A DNA stretch of 64,000 nucleotides from an uncultured Elusimicrobia bacterium (GTDB lineage Bacteria > Elusimicrobiota > Elusimicrobia > 2-02-FULL-39-32), in contig CAZFYO010000003.1 of NCBI GenBank assembly GCA_964523525.1, positions 164,147-228,146 of the forward strand, written 5' to 3'. Under the pieces are notes generated by a model that did no database searches, was not told the origin of the DNA, and was given only the letters and a program-made list of their open reading frames with translations. Position numbers and translations under genes: made by a program. How positions within the stretch are numbered: position 1 is the stretch's first letter; each line of letters begins with the position of its first letter. Shown here one piece after another: positions 9,132 to 19,052 of this stretch.

Positions 9132-10517
9132 TCAGGACCACTGGACGCGGTTGCGTCCGGCGTTTTTGGCGGCGTAGAGGGCTTTGTCGGCTTTTTCGAT
9201 GAGCTGTTCGGCCATGGAGGCGTCTTTGGGGAATGTCGCGCCGCCGATGCTGACCGTGATCCGCTCCTCGGGCATCTTATCCTGCCCGGGGAAAACGGCC
9301 TGTTCGATCTGCTTGCGCAGGCGCTCGGCCACGGCTTTGCCGCCTTCGGGCGGCGTTTCCGAAAGGATAATGACAAACTCCTCGCCGCCGTAGCGGGCCA
9401 CCAGGCTGTCCTGGCGGAGGGCTTCCTTCAGCATGTTTGCCATCTGCTTCAGGAGGACGTTGCCCAGGGGGTGGCCGTTGGCGTCGTTGAACTTCTTGAA
9501 GTGGTCGATGTCCAGAATGAGCAGGACAAAAGTATGTTTATAGCGGTGCGACCGCGTGATCTCGTTTTTGATCTGGTTCTGGAAGTAGCGCAGGTTGTAG
9601 AGACCGGTGAGCGAGTCGGTTATGGTTTCGGTGACGAGCCGCTCCTGGTTTTCCTTGAGCTTGGCGATCATCGTGTTGAATTCGTGGGTCAGATAGCCGA
9701 TCTCGTCGCCGCTTTCGACCGGCAATTCGACGTTCAGCTGGCCCGAGGTCACTTTGCGCACGCCCTGAAGGAGGTTCTGCAGCGGCTTCGATATGTTGAA
9801 GGATAGGATGAACCCGACCACGCTCACGGCCAGGAGCACGGCCGCGCCCGACGTCAGCGCGCTCATCTGTGTCGCGAGCAGCGTGTCCTGCATGCTCTTT
9901 TCGGACTCTTCCAGCTTCACGCGAGCGATGTCCACGAGTTTGTCGCAGAGGTAGAAAATGGTGTTCAACCGCGTCTGGCCTTCGCGGGAAATCGTCGAGA
10001 TCTTCTGCTCGCGCTTTTCGATCTTCAGCTCCTGCTTGGCGGTGTCCGCCTTGGAAGGTCCCGTGATCGCCTGTTTGAGCTTGCCGATCATGCCTTTTCC
10101 GGCCGGCGCGACCTCGGGCGGTTTGGATTTGTAGGTGCTCATCAGCGCCTTGTTCTCGCCTTCGTACTCCGACATCTCCTGGCGAATCTGAACGAGGAGG
10201 TCTTTTTCCGTCTCGGTCTGGCTCAGGCTCTGCATCTGCATGATCCACTGCAGGACCGTGTCGCGCGCGGCGGCTTTTTCTTCCAGGAGGCGCGGGTTTT
10301 TGGTGGTCAGATAGCGGAAAGTGAGATTGTCGTAAAGCGCAACGTTATACTTGATGAGCTGGGCCGAGCGCATGGCGGCCATGTTATTGGAAATCATGTC
10401 CTGCATGCGGCGCGTGATCTCCTCCTGCGTCTGCATCAGGTTCCAGATAAACGCGCTCACCAGCACGATGATGGACACCGAGGCCAGGGCGATTTTGGTT
10501 TTTATGCTGAGGTGCAT
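9132..10517 (-). CDS. Sensor diguanylate cyclase: 2 TM helices, periplasmic sensor region, HAMP and a GGDEF domain
   Basis: N-terminal TM, second TM (AAVLLAVSVVGFILSF) followed by a HAMP-like segment. C-terminal GGDEF domain with intact active site RYGGEEF and an upstream RxxD-like I-site region. Confidence 0.85.
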   Translation of the reverse strand: MHLSIKTKIALASVSIIVLVSAFIWNLMQTQEEITRRMQDMISNNMAAMRSAQLIKYNVALYDNLTFRYLTTKNPRLLEEKAAARDTVLQWIMQMQSLSQTETEKDLLVQIRQEMSEYEGENKALMSTYKSKPPEVAPAGKGMIGKLKQAITGPSKADTAKQELKIEKREQKISTISREGQTRLNTIFYLCDKLVDIARVKLEESEKSMQDTLLATQMSALTSGAAVLLAVSVVGFILSFNISKPLQNLLQGVRKVTSGQLNVELPVESGDEIGYLTHEFNTMIAKLKENQERLVTETITDSLTGLYNLRYFQNQIKNEITRSHRYKHTFVLLILDIDHFKKFNDANGHPLGNVLLKQMANMLKEALRQDSLVARYGGEEFVIILSETPPEGGKAVAERLRKQIEQAVFPGQDKMPEERITVSIGGATFPKDASMAEQLIEKADKALYAAKNAGRNRVQWS

Positions 10518-10592
10518 GGGCGTAGCTCCAGCCCTAGTATTGCAGAGGTGCCCTAATTTCTCAAGGATGTTTATTAAGGAAGGTAAAGCGGG

Positions 10593-12614
10593 TTAAAACT
10601 CTAAACCCTCTTCTTTCATGACGCGCAACAGTTCCGCGACGCCGCGGGACTCCGCCACGCAGCCGCGGGGGTTGAAAGGAGGGTTGCCGTCGAACATTTC
10701 GGAGACGGTGCCGAGCCCTGCGTCCGACAGGTGCGAGACGAAGGGTCGCAGGAAATTGATGGCTTCGCCGCGCGTTTTCTGGTCGCGGCCGTAGGTTTTG
10801 AAGAACGCGGTCAGGAACGGGCCGATCAGGTAGGGCATGACGGTCCCGTTGTGCATCGCCGCCATGCGGGCGCGTTCGCTTCCCTTGATAACGCCGTGGA
10901 AATGCGGTTCCGCGGGCGCGAGCGTCCGCAGGCCGAGCGACGTGTACAGGGTCCGCCAGGCCGTTTCCATCAGTGGTTTGAAGCGGTCGTTATCCAGAAT
11001 CTCATAAGGCAGGCTGACGGCAAACAGAGCGTTCGGGCGGATGGAGCCTTCGCGCTTGTTGCCTTCGATGAGATCGTAGAGAAAGTTGTTTTGGGCGTTC
11101 CAGAAAAGCTGGTTGAAGCTTTCGCGGACCTTTTTTGCCAGATCGGTCCAGCCGTCGTCGCTTTTGCCCAGTTTGAGCGCGATCTCGCAGTAAAATTGGA
11201 TGGCGTTATACCAGAGCGCCTGGATCTCGACGGGTTTGCCTCGCCGAGGGGTGCTCATCTTGTCGCCGTCTTTGGCGTCCATCCAGGTGAGGGGCATGTT
11301 GGGCGAGGCCCCCTGGATCAGGCCGTCGGCGTCCATCTTGATCTCCAGTTTGTTGTCGGGTTCATGGATCGTGATGCCGCTTTTGAACGCCCGCAAAATG
11401 TCCTCAACGCCGGGCAGCATCTTCCGCATGAATTCCAGGTCTTTGGTCGTTTCCCAGTATTTTTGGAGCGCCCAGACATACCAAAACGACGCGTCCATAT
11501 TATTGTAGGCGGCGAGGTTTTGCGGGTCGCTCGAAAACTTGGCGGGCAGCAAGCCGTTGCGGAGAAGGCCGGACGCCTCTTCGAGGATCGACTTCGCGTC
11601 TTCGACGCGCCCCGTCGCCAGGCAGATGCCCGGCAGGCTCATGAGGGTCTCGCGGCACGTGTCGTCGTACCAGGGGTAGCCGGTGATCATCCGGATGCCG
11701 CTTTCCGTGCGGATCAGAAACTGGTCCGCGGCCAACAGGCAGCGCCGCAGGAAAGGCGGCGGCGTCAGCATTTTTTCGAAAACCTTGCTGCGGATGAAAA
11801 GCTCCTGGTCGATCCATTTCTCGATCGAAACGGGTTCGGGCGGCTTCCGCGAAAAAACGAGAGCGACCTCCTGGCCTTCCGAAAGCTCTACGATGACCTG
11901 GCCCGGGCTGTAGAGGTCTTCCTGATGATCATGCTCCATTTCCTCATCCTGCGCGTAAAGCACGTTCTTGTACCAGTAGCCGTCCGCGTAAATCTTGATG
12001 TTGTCCCTGACGGAAGCGGGTTCGCCCACCGCCGTGATATAAAATTCCGGCTGGTTTTGAACGGAGCAGTGGATCTGGTTGTCCGTGAAGCGGATCGCGT
12101 TCCGGAAGCGGTTGTCTTCCTTCAAAATGTGAGCGTGGTTCCGGCAGGACAGGAAGGGGCGCAGGACGAGCTTCACGGTCGGTCCGATCAGGTGGCGGTA
12201 CACCACGACCGCCGTCTCCTCGCCGCTGCGCAGGAAGAACCGTTTCTCAATCTTGAGGTCGTCCACGGAATAGGTCCAGCGGGGGAAGGGCTCGTAATTG
12301 AAGCTTTCCAAAAAGAGATGGCCTTGCGGGGATATCGTCCCCGGATATTCCTGGCAGGAAAAGTCCGCGCGGTGGCCGCGGATGAGGGCCGATTCCTCGA
12401 CGCGGTTCACCAGGACGCTGCGGTCAAGGTTCGGCTCCGAGGTTACGGTGAAGAGCCCGTGGTAGCGCCGCGTGTTGGCGCCCACGATTGTGCCCATGGC
12501 GTAGGATCCGAGGCCGTTGGTCTCGATCCATTCCTTGGTGATGCCGGTATCGATGATGTTCAGCACGTGCCGGCCGAACGAATAGATGGGAATGGGGCTT
12601 TTAGCAGTTGTCAT
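10593..12614 (-). CDS. Glycogen debranching enzyme, archaeal type (GDE_N + amylo-alpha-1,6-glucosidase domain)
   Basis: N-terminal motif NGLGSYAMGTIVGANTRRYHGLF is typical of GDE_N. 673 aa. A C-terminal (alpha/alpha)6 glucosidase-like region is conserved. Confidence 0.75.
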   Translation of the reverse strand: MTTAKSPIPIYSFGRHVLNIIDTGITKEWIETNGLGSYAMGTIVGANTRRYHGLFTVTSEPNLDRSVLVNRVEESALIRGHRADFSCQEYPGTISPQGHLFLESFNYEPFPRWTYSVDDLKIEKRFFLRSGEETAVVVYRHLIGPTVKLVLRPFLSCRNHAHILKEDNRFRNAIRFTDNQIHCSVQNQPEFYITAVGEPASVRDNIKIYADGYWYKNVLYAQDEEMEHDHQEDLYSPGQVIVELSEGQEVALVFSRKPPEPVSIEKWIDQELFIRSKVFEKMLTPPPFLRRCLLAADQFLIRTESGIRMITGYPWYDDTCRETLMSLPGICLATGRVEDAKSILEEASGLLRNGLLPAKFSSDPQNLAAYNNMDASFWYVWALQKYWETTKDLEFMRKMLPGVEDILRAFKSGITIHEPDNKLEIKMDADGLIQGASPNMPLTWMDAKDGDKMSTPRRGKPVEIQALWYNAIQFYCEIALKLGKSDDGWTDLAKKVRESFNQLFWNAQNNFLYDLIEGNKREGSIRPNALFAVSLPYEILDNDRFKPLMETAWRTLYTSLGLRTLAPAEPHFHGVIKGSERARMAAMHNGTVMPYLIGPFLTAFFKTYGRDQKTRGEAINFLRPFVSHLSDAGLGTVSEMFDGNPPFNPRGCVAESRGVAELLRVMKEEGLEF

Positions 12615-12664
12615 GGGTTATTGGAAACCGGCTTCGCCCCCACGAAGTGGATCCGGTTACGGAT

Positions 12665-13585
12665 TTAGTGCGCTTGCTCTAAAACTTTGCGGACGGTGAC
12701 GCCGATCTCGGCCGGCGAGGGCGCGACCTGGATGCCGAGCGCCTTCATGGCGGCGATTTTGCCTTGCGCGGTGCCGCCCGACCCGCTTTCGATAATGGCG
12801 CCCGCGTGGCCCATGCGTTTGCCCGGGGGCGCGGTCTGTCCGGCGATGAATCCGATCACGGGCTTCGACATCTTTTCCTTGAAATACTTCGCGGCTTCCT
12901 CTTCCTGCGAGCCGCCGATCTCGCCGATCATCATGACGGCGGATGTTTCGGGATCCTGCTCGAACGCCGAAAGCGCGTCGATAAATCCGGTGCCTAAAAT
13001 GGGGTCGCCGCCGATGCCGATGACGGTGGACTGGCCGTAACCGAGCGCGGTCAGCTGCCAAACGGCTTCATACGTCAACGTTCCCGAGCGGGACACAATG
13101 CCGACCTGGCCGTTCTTGGGATTATCGCTTTTTTTCTTGTGGATGTAACCCGGCATAATTCCGATCTTGCACTCGTCCGGGGTGATGATCCCGGGGCAGT
13201 TGGGCCCGATCAGCCAAATTTTCTCTCCCGTTACAGCCTGTCTGCGGATAATCTCCTGCTTCACGCGCGCCATGTCGAGCACGGGGATGCCTTCGGTGAT
13301 GCAGACGATCACTTGGATGTCCGCCGCCACTGCTTCCAGGACCGCGTCGGCCGCGTAGGGGGCGGGAACAAAAATCATGGTGGCGTTGGCGCCGGTTTCC
13401 TTCACCGCGTCGTGCACCGTATTGAAAATGGGAATGCCCTCGACGTTCTGCCCCGCCTTGCCCGGGCTGACGCCGCCCACCATCTTCGTGCCGTAATCCT
13501 TGCAGCCCTTGGCGTGGAACGAGCCCGCTCCGCCCGTAATACCCTGGCAGATGACCCGCGTTTCCTTATTAATCAAAATGCTCAT
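12665..13585 (-). CDS. sucD: Succinyl-CoA synthetase alpha subunit
   Basis: [24 protein letters not shown], CoA-binding and ligase-CoA domains, phospho-His region GHAGAII. 306 aa. Confidence 0.9.
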   Translation of the reverse strand: MSILINKETRVICQGITGGAGSFHAKGCKDYGTKMVGGVSPGKAGQNVEGIPIFNTVHDAVKETGANATMIFVPAPYAADAVLEAVAADIQVIVCITEGIPVLDMARVKQEIIRRQAVTGEKIWLIGPNCPGIITPDECKIGIMPGYIHKKKSDNPKNGQVGIVSRSGTLTYEAVWQLTALGYGQSTVIGIGGDPILGTGFIDALSAFEQDPETSAVMMIGEIGGSQEEEAAKYFKEKMSKPVIGFIAGQTAPPGKRMGHAGAIIESGSGGTAQGKIAAMKALGIQVAPSPAEIGVTVRKVLEQAH

Positions 13586-13606
13586 AAATTTTTGATGGCT
13601 TCTCGC

Positions 13607-14782
13607 TTAATGTCCGGCAAGCTCAACAACCTTCTGAGCGGCCTTGGCGAAATCCCCGATGCTGACGATATTCAAATTGCTCGCGGCGAGAAGGCGCTTG
13701 CCCTCTTCCACCTTGTTGCCCTCGAGGCGCACGACCAGGGGAACGTTCAGCTTCACCTGTTTGACCGCCGCGATCACGCCCTGGGCGATGACGTCGCAGC
13801 GCATGATGCCGCCGAAGATGTTGACGAGGACCGCCGTCACGTTCTTGTCCGACAAAATGATTTTGAAAGCGGCCGCGACCTGCTCCACCTTCGCGCCGCC
13901 GCCCACGTCCAGAAAATTCGCCGGGTCGCCGCCGCATTGCTTGATGATGTCCATGGTGGCCATCGCCAGGCCCGCGCCGTTCACCATGCAGCCGATGTTG
14001 CCCGTGAGCGGAATGTAGGAGATGCCGGCTTTTTTGGCCGCTTTTTCGGCTGCAGTGGAGTCAAGCTGTTTTTCGTAGGCTTCAAAATCGGGGTGGCGGA
14101 AGAGCGCGTTGTCATCGATGATGATCTTGGCGTCCAGGGCGATTAGCTCGTCCTTGTCGGTCACGGCAATCGGGTTGATTTCGAGGAGAGAGGCGTCTGA
14201 CTTAAGGAAGGCCTGAACGCAGTTCTTGAAAAATTTGAGCCGATCGCCCATTTTCTTGGGGTCCGAGGGAGCGATGCCGAGCCGGAAAATGAGTTCCCGC
14301 GCCTGGAAGCCCTCAAGGCCTGCCACGGGGTCCAGTTCCATCACGATAATTTTTTCGGGAGCGGTCTGGGCCAGCTTTTCGATCTCCATGCCGCCCTCGG
14401 CGCTGGCGATTAAAACCGGTCTGCTCTTTTTGCGGTCCACGGTGATGCTCATGTAGAGCTCGCGTTTGATCTTCGCGGTCTTTTCGATGAGCACCCGCTT
14501 GACCATGAGTCCCTCGGGACCCGTCTGGTGCGTGACCAGCTTCATGCCGATGATTTCGGCCGCGATCTTCTTGGCTTCGGCCGCGTTCTTGGCGACCTTG
14601 ATACCGCCCGCCTTGCCGCGCCCGCCGGTCTGGACCTGCGCCTTGATGACCCAGGGTCCCGGCCCCGCCCTCTTGAGGGCGACGGCCAGCGACTTGGCGT
14701 CGGTCGCAGTGCCGCCGTTCTTGGGAACGGGGATCGCGAAGCGCTCCAAAATCTGTTTTGCCTGAAATTCTTCGAGCTTCAT
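13607..14782 (-). CDS. sucC: Succinyl-CoA synthetase beta subunit (ATP-grasp)
   Basis: Starts [15 protein letters not shown], an internal Met of the track ORF that matches the sucC N-terminus MNLHEYQAK. ATP-grasp plus CoA-ligase domain. Immediately upstream of sucD on the same strand. Confidence 0.88.
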   Translation of the reverse strand: MKLEEFQAKQILERFAIPVPKNGGTATDAKSLAVALKRAGPGPWVIKAQVQTGGRGKAGGIKVAKNAAEAKKIAAEIIGMKLVTHQTGPEGLMVKRVLIEKTAKIKRELYMSITVDRKKSRPVLIASAEGGMEIEKLAQTAPEKIIVMELDPVAGLEGFQARELIFRLGIAPSDPKKMGDRLKFFKNCVQAFLKSDASLLEINPIAVTDKDELIALDAKIIIDDNALFRHPDFEAYEKQLDSTAAEKAAKKAGISYIPLTGNIGCMVNGAGLAMATMDIIKQCGGDPANFLDVGGGAKVEQVAAAFKIILSDKNVTAVLVNIFGGIMRCDVIAQGVIAAVKQVKLNVPLVVRLEGNKVEEGKRLLAASNLNIVSIGDFAKAAQKVVELAGH

Positions 14783-14858
14783 GGGCGGTATTTTACTATA
14801 GTCCGGCCGGAGCCGCAACAATCGCGGGGTCGACGGAAGTTAAACGTTTGTTTAGAAA

Positions 14859-14907
14859 GTTTACAATATGTTTACAATTACGTTACTGATTCGTAAGGAC
14901 TTTTACA
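14859..14907. promoter_or_regulatory. Divergent promoter region between sucC and the YD-repeat gene. Contains two GTTTACAAT direct repeats 11 bp apart (14859-14867, 14870-14878), a third TTTACA (14902-14907), and the inverted repeat TTACG-N9-CGTAA (14878-14896).
   Basis: Read directly from the sequence. Direct repeats at helical-turn spacing are typical of response-regulator or other transcription-factor binding sites. No factor is assigned. Confidence 0.3.
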
Positions 14908-14956
14908 GGGCGCGGCTGTTAGAGTTGGCAAAATAAAACGGTTCAAGGAGCGTGAT

Positions 14957-17881
14957 ATGAAAATACCCCCCATGGTCAAGAAGCTTACGTCCGTCGTTCT
15001 CGGGTTAACGCTCGCCCTGCCGGAAGCGCTCCTTGCGGCGATGCCGATGGACATGAAAGCGGACCGCGACCAGTCGGGATATATGGGCATCCAGGATATC
15101 GCCCAGCGGGAGGCCTGGCAGGAGAAGAACGTGGCCAGCCTTAACGTGGTTCAGGGACCCGTGGGAGGGTATCAGAAAAACGCGGCGGCATCGCAGAGCG
15201 TTCAGGGCGAAATCGCACGGATCCGGACCCAGACCAAATCCGATTTGGCCTCCTTGGGAAACGTGGGGAATTTCCTGTCCCGGGATAACGGCCATCATGC
15301 CTTTAAGAATGACAAGGATAAGAACTCCTTGAAGGTAGCGGACGCAATCGACCCCAAAAGCCTGCGTCTCATCGCCAACGATGACCCTAACGCTCTCAGC
15401 TCGCTGGTCAATCTCAAAGTGCGGGTGACGGACGAGTCCGGCCGCGATATCAGCGGGTTGTTTGATTCTCAACTGCAGATGGAATCGGAAACCGGAATCA
15501 CCGTTCTGCCCCCGCGTTCAATTGCGGAGCAACAGGCCGACGGCCCTTCCTCCATCGCCGTCAACACGTTTTACATCGAACAATCTTATAAGCGCGTCGA
15601 TTCGCAAACGGGCGTTGAAACGAGCGGAACCACCCGCCAGACCTATCAGCAAATCGGCGGGAAATGGAGATTGACCTCCACCGATCATAACCGGCTCACC
15701 AATTTTCCAGACGGGTCATATGAACGTCAAAACGTCTCGAGCAAATTCACTTACGACAGCAAAGGCCGTTTGATCGGAGCCGCGGGCGGCGGGACTTCCT
15801 ACTCCAATGACGGGTACGGCAATGCGATTTCGGGGACCTCCTCTCAAACCTACCAGATCGTGAACGGCAAGCTCGTCCTGTCTTCATTCAACATGTCGAC
15901 GCAATCTCAAAATATCGATGGGTCGGCGCGGCAGGACCAGATATCCAGAAAATTTTCTTATGATAGAAATGGCAATAAGATCGGCGATTCCGAGAGCTGG
16001 ATTTTTATAACCGATGACGGGTTCGGCAATGCGACCTCTGGAACGGTCAAAAGAGGCTTCGCCAGCGTGAACGGCGCGGAACGGACGTCTTACATGCGCA
16101 CGGATTCAACCACTTCAAACAAGGATGGCAGCCAGGTCAGCCAGTCGCATGTCGTCACATTCCAGTACGATTCCAGGGGGACGATGATTGGCGCGTCCGG
16201 TTCGGGTTCCGCGACTCTCAACGACGGCTGGGGAAACCTCACTCCGATTGCCACCCGGCAAACGTTCCAGTCTGTGGGCGGCAAACTGCGCCGGACTTCC
16301 GAGACCATGGAAACAAGCACGGTCAACCTGGATGGAAGCCTGCAGAAGCGGACGTTTGTGACAAACTATAAATATGATGCCAAGGGGAGGCTGGTTGGCG
16401 CTGCGGGCAGCGGAACGGGACAGTCCGATGACGGATTCGGTCGCCTAAAAACCGAGACCTATCAGATCACATATGTCATCGTGAACGGCTCAGCCCGGGT
16501 TTCGCGTATCGCAGTCGAAACCTCGGAGTCCGATCTCACGGGAAGTGCCTCACAAACCAATGTCACCTTAACGTTTCAATATAACCAGACCGGAATCATG
16601 ATCGGAGCCGCCGCCGTGGGCGATTACACCCGGTCAGATGCAATGGGGATGCCGGAGCGGGGGACGCTTCGTTTCACATTCGCCGTCATGAACGGACAGG
16701 TTCGCGTCACTAGCGTAAGCACCCACTCCCAATCCGTGACTCTGGACGGCAGCTCTGCGAAATCGGCGACGACCGTCAGCTATTCCTATGACAGACTGGG
16801 TCGCTTGGCGGGAATGAAAGCCCAGACCGCGTCTCAATCGAACGATGGTTTCGGTAACATCATCAATATGGTTTCCAATCACTCCTTCATCCTGATTCAG
16901 GGGCAGCCTCGACTGGCGCAGGTGAAAGTCTCGTCAGTTTACGCAGCACTGGATCAAAGCGCGTCCAAAACGGAATCGGTCTTTAACTTCACGTTTGATT
17001 CCAGAGGGCGTATGATTGGCGCTGCCGCGACCGGAGTGGCAACGCACAATGACGGATACGGCAATATCGAATATGAAACCATCAATATGACATTCATGAT
17101 TCACACCGGCCAGCTGAAGCTGGCCAGTGAGAGCCGGATGTCCATAGTTCAGGACGTGGACGGCAGTGTCAGCCAAAAAGTCATGACCTATCAATATAAA
17201 TATGACTCTCGCGGACTTTTGAACGGTATGACCGGTCAGGGCACGCTGACATCGAACGACGGTTTCGGGAATGTGATGAGCCAAAACATCACCCGGTCCT
17301 ATGTCGTGGTCTTGGGCGAGCCAAAACTCACTAAAGAGACCCTGGATTCCAGCACCGCCTATTCGGATGGGTTTGTGGAGCGCCGGGAAGCCAATACTAT
17401 TCTCGCCTACAGTCAAAGCGGACGGATGACGGGGATGAGCGGGACGGATACGTTCATCATGACCAAGAGCGTCGGCGCGGCAACGATATCCATCACCGGC
17501 CAGATCGATCGCCGATATACGATCATCAATGGGACCGCAAAACTGTCGTCGTCAAGAATCACCGCCTCCACACTCAACAATGTGCGCCTGGATGAATCTC
17601 TGGCCTTGAGCTACGGTTACGACTCGCTCGGACGATTGACCGGCGTGACTGGGCAGGGAGAGTACAGCGTGATCGGTTCCAAGCAACCGGGCGCCGTTGG
17701 CAGGATCATCGCGCGTTTTGAGATCGTCAACGGCTATCCGCGGCTGGTCGGTTATGATTCCTATTCGCTGCCTCTTCCGGGCAGTAAGGCGGTCGGCATT
17801 CCCGCGCCGAACCCGGTCATGCAGACAGCTTTGCCGGGCGGAACGTTCCTGGGAGCCGCGATGGGGTCTTCAATTCGGTAG
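14957..17881 (+). CDS. Secreted YD-repeat protein (974 aa), Rhs-repeat-like but without an Rhs core or toxin tail
   Basis: Sec signal peptide MKIPPMVKKLTSVVLGLTLALPEALLAA. AAGGAG RBS 8 nt upstream. ~10 tandem ~68-aa units, each with [FY]xYDxxGR[LM]xGAxGxGxxxxxDG[FY]GN...[IV]xNG...LDGS. The YD/GRL core matches the YD (RHS) repeat signature. Confidence 0.75.
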   Translation: MKIPPMVKKLTSVVLGLTLALPEALLAAMPMDMKADRDQSGYMGIQDIAQREAWQEKNVASLNVVQGPVGGYQKNAAASQSVQGEIARIRTQTKSDLASLGNVGNFLSRDNGHHAFKNDKDKNSLKVADAIDPKSLRLIANDDPNALSSLVNLKVRVTDESGRDISGLFDSQLQMESETGITVLPPRSIAEQQADGPSSIAVNTFYIEQSYKRVDSQTGVETSGTTRQTYQQIGGKWRLTSTDHNRLTNFPDGSYERQNVSSKFTYDSKGRLIGAAGGGTSYSNDGYGNAISGTSSQTYQIVNGKLVLSSFNMSTQSQNIDGSARQDQISRKFSYDRNGNKIGDSESWIFITDDGFGNATSGTVKRGFASVNGAERTSYMRTDSTTSNKDGSQVSQSHVVTFQYDSRGTMIGASGSGSATLNDGWGNLTPIATRQTFQSVGGKLRRTSETMETSTVNLDGSLQKRTFVTNYKYDAKGRLVGAAGSGTGQSDDGFGRLKTETYQITYVIVNGSARVSRIAVETSESDLTGSASQTNVTLTFQYNQTGIMIGAAAVGDYTRSDAMGMPERGTLRFTFAVMNGQVRVTSVSTHSQSVTLDGSSAKSATTVSYSYDRLGRLAGMKAQTASQSNDGFGNIINMVSNHSFILIQGQPRLAQVKVSSVYAALDQSASKTESVFNFTFDSRGRMIGAAATGVATHNDGYGNIEYETINMTFMIHTGQLKLASESRMSIVQDVDGSVSQKVMTYQYKYDSRGLLNGMTGQGTLTSNDGFGNVMSQNITRSYVVVLGEPKLTKETLDSSTAYSDGFVERREANTILAYSQSGRMTGMSGTDTFIMTKSVGAATISITGQIDRRYTIINGTAKLSSSRITASTLNNVRLDESLALSYGYDSLGRLTGVTGQGEYSVIGSKQPGAVGRIIARFEIVNGYPRLVGYDSYSLPLPGSKAVGIPAPNPVMQTALPGGTFLGAAMGSSIR
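15720..17790 (+). repeat. Protein-level tandem repeat array (~10 x ~200 nt) inside the YD-repeat gene. The units are divergent at DNA level.
   Basis: Recurrent FTYDSKGRLIGAAG / FSYDRNGNKIG / FQYDSRGTMIGASG / YKYDAKGRLVGAAG / YSYDRLGRLAGM / FTFDSRGRMIGAAA / YKYDSRGLLNGMTG / YGYDSLGRLTGVTG at ~68-aa period. Confidence 0.6.
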
Positions 17882-17948
17882 ATCATAATCAGCGTTTCAA
17901 GCGCTTCTCCTCGCAAAAACAAACGACGTTTGATATAATCCGAGCCTG

Positions 17949-19034
17949 ATGAGTTCTTCAAGTGCGATGAATGTTTCTGTCATTGGGGCCGGATCCACTT
18001 ACGGGGTGTATCTCGTGAAGTGGGCGCTGACGCTCAAGCATTTCCCCGAAACCAGCAACGAGCAGTCCGTCCCGCCCATCGGGACGATTTCTTACTCCAA
18101 TACCAGCGAGCGCAACCGCGACCTGGTGCTCGAAGTCCTCGAGAACGACATCGCCCAGATGCCCTCCTTTTCCAGCAAGAAATTTGCGGACATGTCCAAG
18201 GACGTCCACGGCTACATCAACTGGCGGGAGATGGTCCAAAAAGAGCAGCCCGGACTGGTGGTGATCTGCTCTCCCATCGAAACCCACGCGGCTTACCTCC
18301 GGGAACTGCTCTCCGATTTCAAAGTCAAGAACATCCTCTGCGAGCCTCCGGTGACGCACCTGAACGAAGCCGATTCCATCGACAGCGTGATTTCGCTTGC
18401 GGCCAGCAAGGGCGTTTCGGTGGGCATCAACCAGCAGTATGCGATCCTCTACCAGAAACTCAAAGACCTCCCGATGAACCCCCAGGAGCCGGCCAGCGGC
18501 AAGTTCGGGGACCTGATGACCGGCCTGACGGGCCTGCACGTGACCTTCATCACCCACGGCAGCCGGGTCTGGCGCAAGATTCAGGGGGTCGGGGAACAGG
18601 AGATTCTCGAAGACCTCGGGCCCCACGTTTACGAGCTGATTCCCAAATCCCTCCGGGACCAGAAAGTCACGGTGCGCGACGTCAAAAAGGAAGGGGACAA
18701 CGTTTTTCTGAACTACGTCGAATACGACCTGATGTTCGGTTCCGTGCCCGTCAAGCTGACGCTGGGCTATCACCGGAAACTGAAGAGCCTGAAGCTGGTC
18801 TTCAAGAAGGGCAAGAAGGATTTTGAATTCAATATTTCGGGCGCCTCGAACCCCCAGACCGGCGAGTTCACCCGCTGGATCGAGGGCAAGAATTACGCCT
18901 ACTATTTCAAGCACCTGCTCAACACCGACCTGGTGAAGACGTCGTTCGTCCATTCGCTGGCCGGCAAGCCGGTGGTTTCTCTGCAGGAAGGCGTGAACAG
19001 CGTCAAATTTATCCGCTCGCTCTACACCCGCTAG
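17949..19034 (+). CDS. Hypothetical NAD(P)-binding Rossmann-fold protein (Gfo/Idh/MocA-oxidoreductase-like N-terminus)
   Basis: N-terminal VSVIGAGSTYG dinucleotide-binding motif. 361 aa. The rest is not confidently assignable. The start could be the second Met (17967). Confidence 0.45.
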   Translation: MSSSSAMNVSVIGAGSTYGVYLVKWALTLKHFPETSNEQSVPPIGTISYSNTSERNRDLVLEVLENDIAQMPSFSSKKFADMSKDVHGYINWREMVQKEQPGLVVICSPIETHAAYLRELLSDFKVKNILCEPPVTHLNEADSIDSVISLAASKGVSVGINQQYAILYQKLKDLPMNPQEPASGKFGDLMTGLTGLHVTFITHGSRVWRKIQGVGEQEILEDLGPHVYELIPKSLRDQKVTVRDVKKEGDNVFLNYVEYDLMFGSVPVKLTLGYHRKLKSLKLVFKKGKKDFEFNISGASNPQTGEFTRWIEGKNYAYYFKHLLNTDLVKTSFVHSLAGKPVVSLQEGVNSVKFIRSLYTR

Positions 19035-19052
19035 TTTAATCCGCAGGTTTTT

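Noticed and set aside
18020-18953. Long overlapping ORFs on both strands inside the Rossmann-fold gene (18020-18826 plus strand, 17958-18953 minus strand), and similar ones inside hemL (19080-20075 minus) and the DUF1015 gene.
   Set aside because: They are alternative-frame shadows of genes with strong family signatures (hemL) or better coding statistics.
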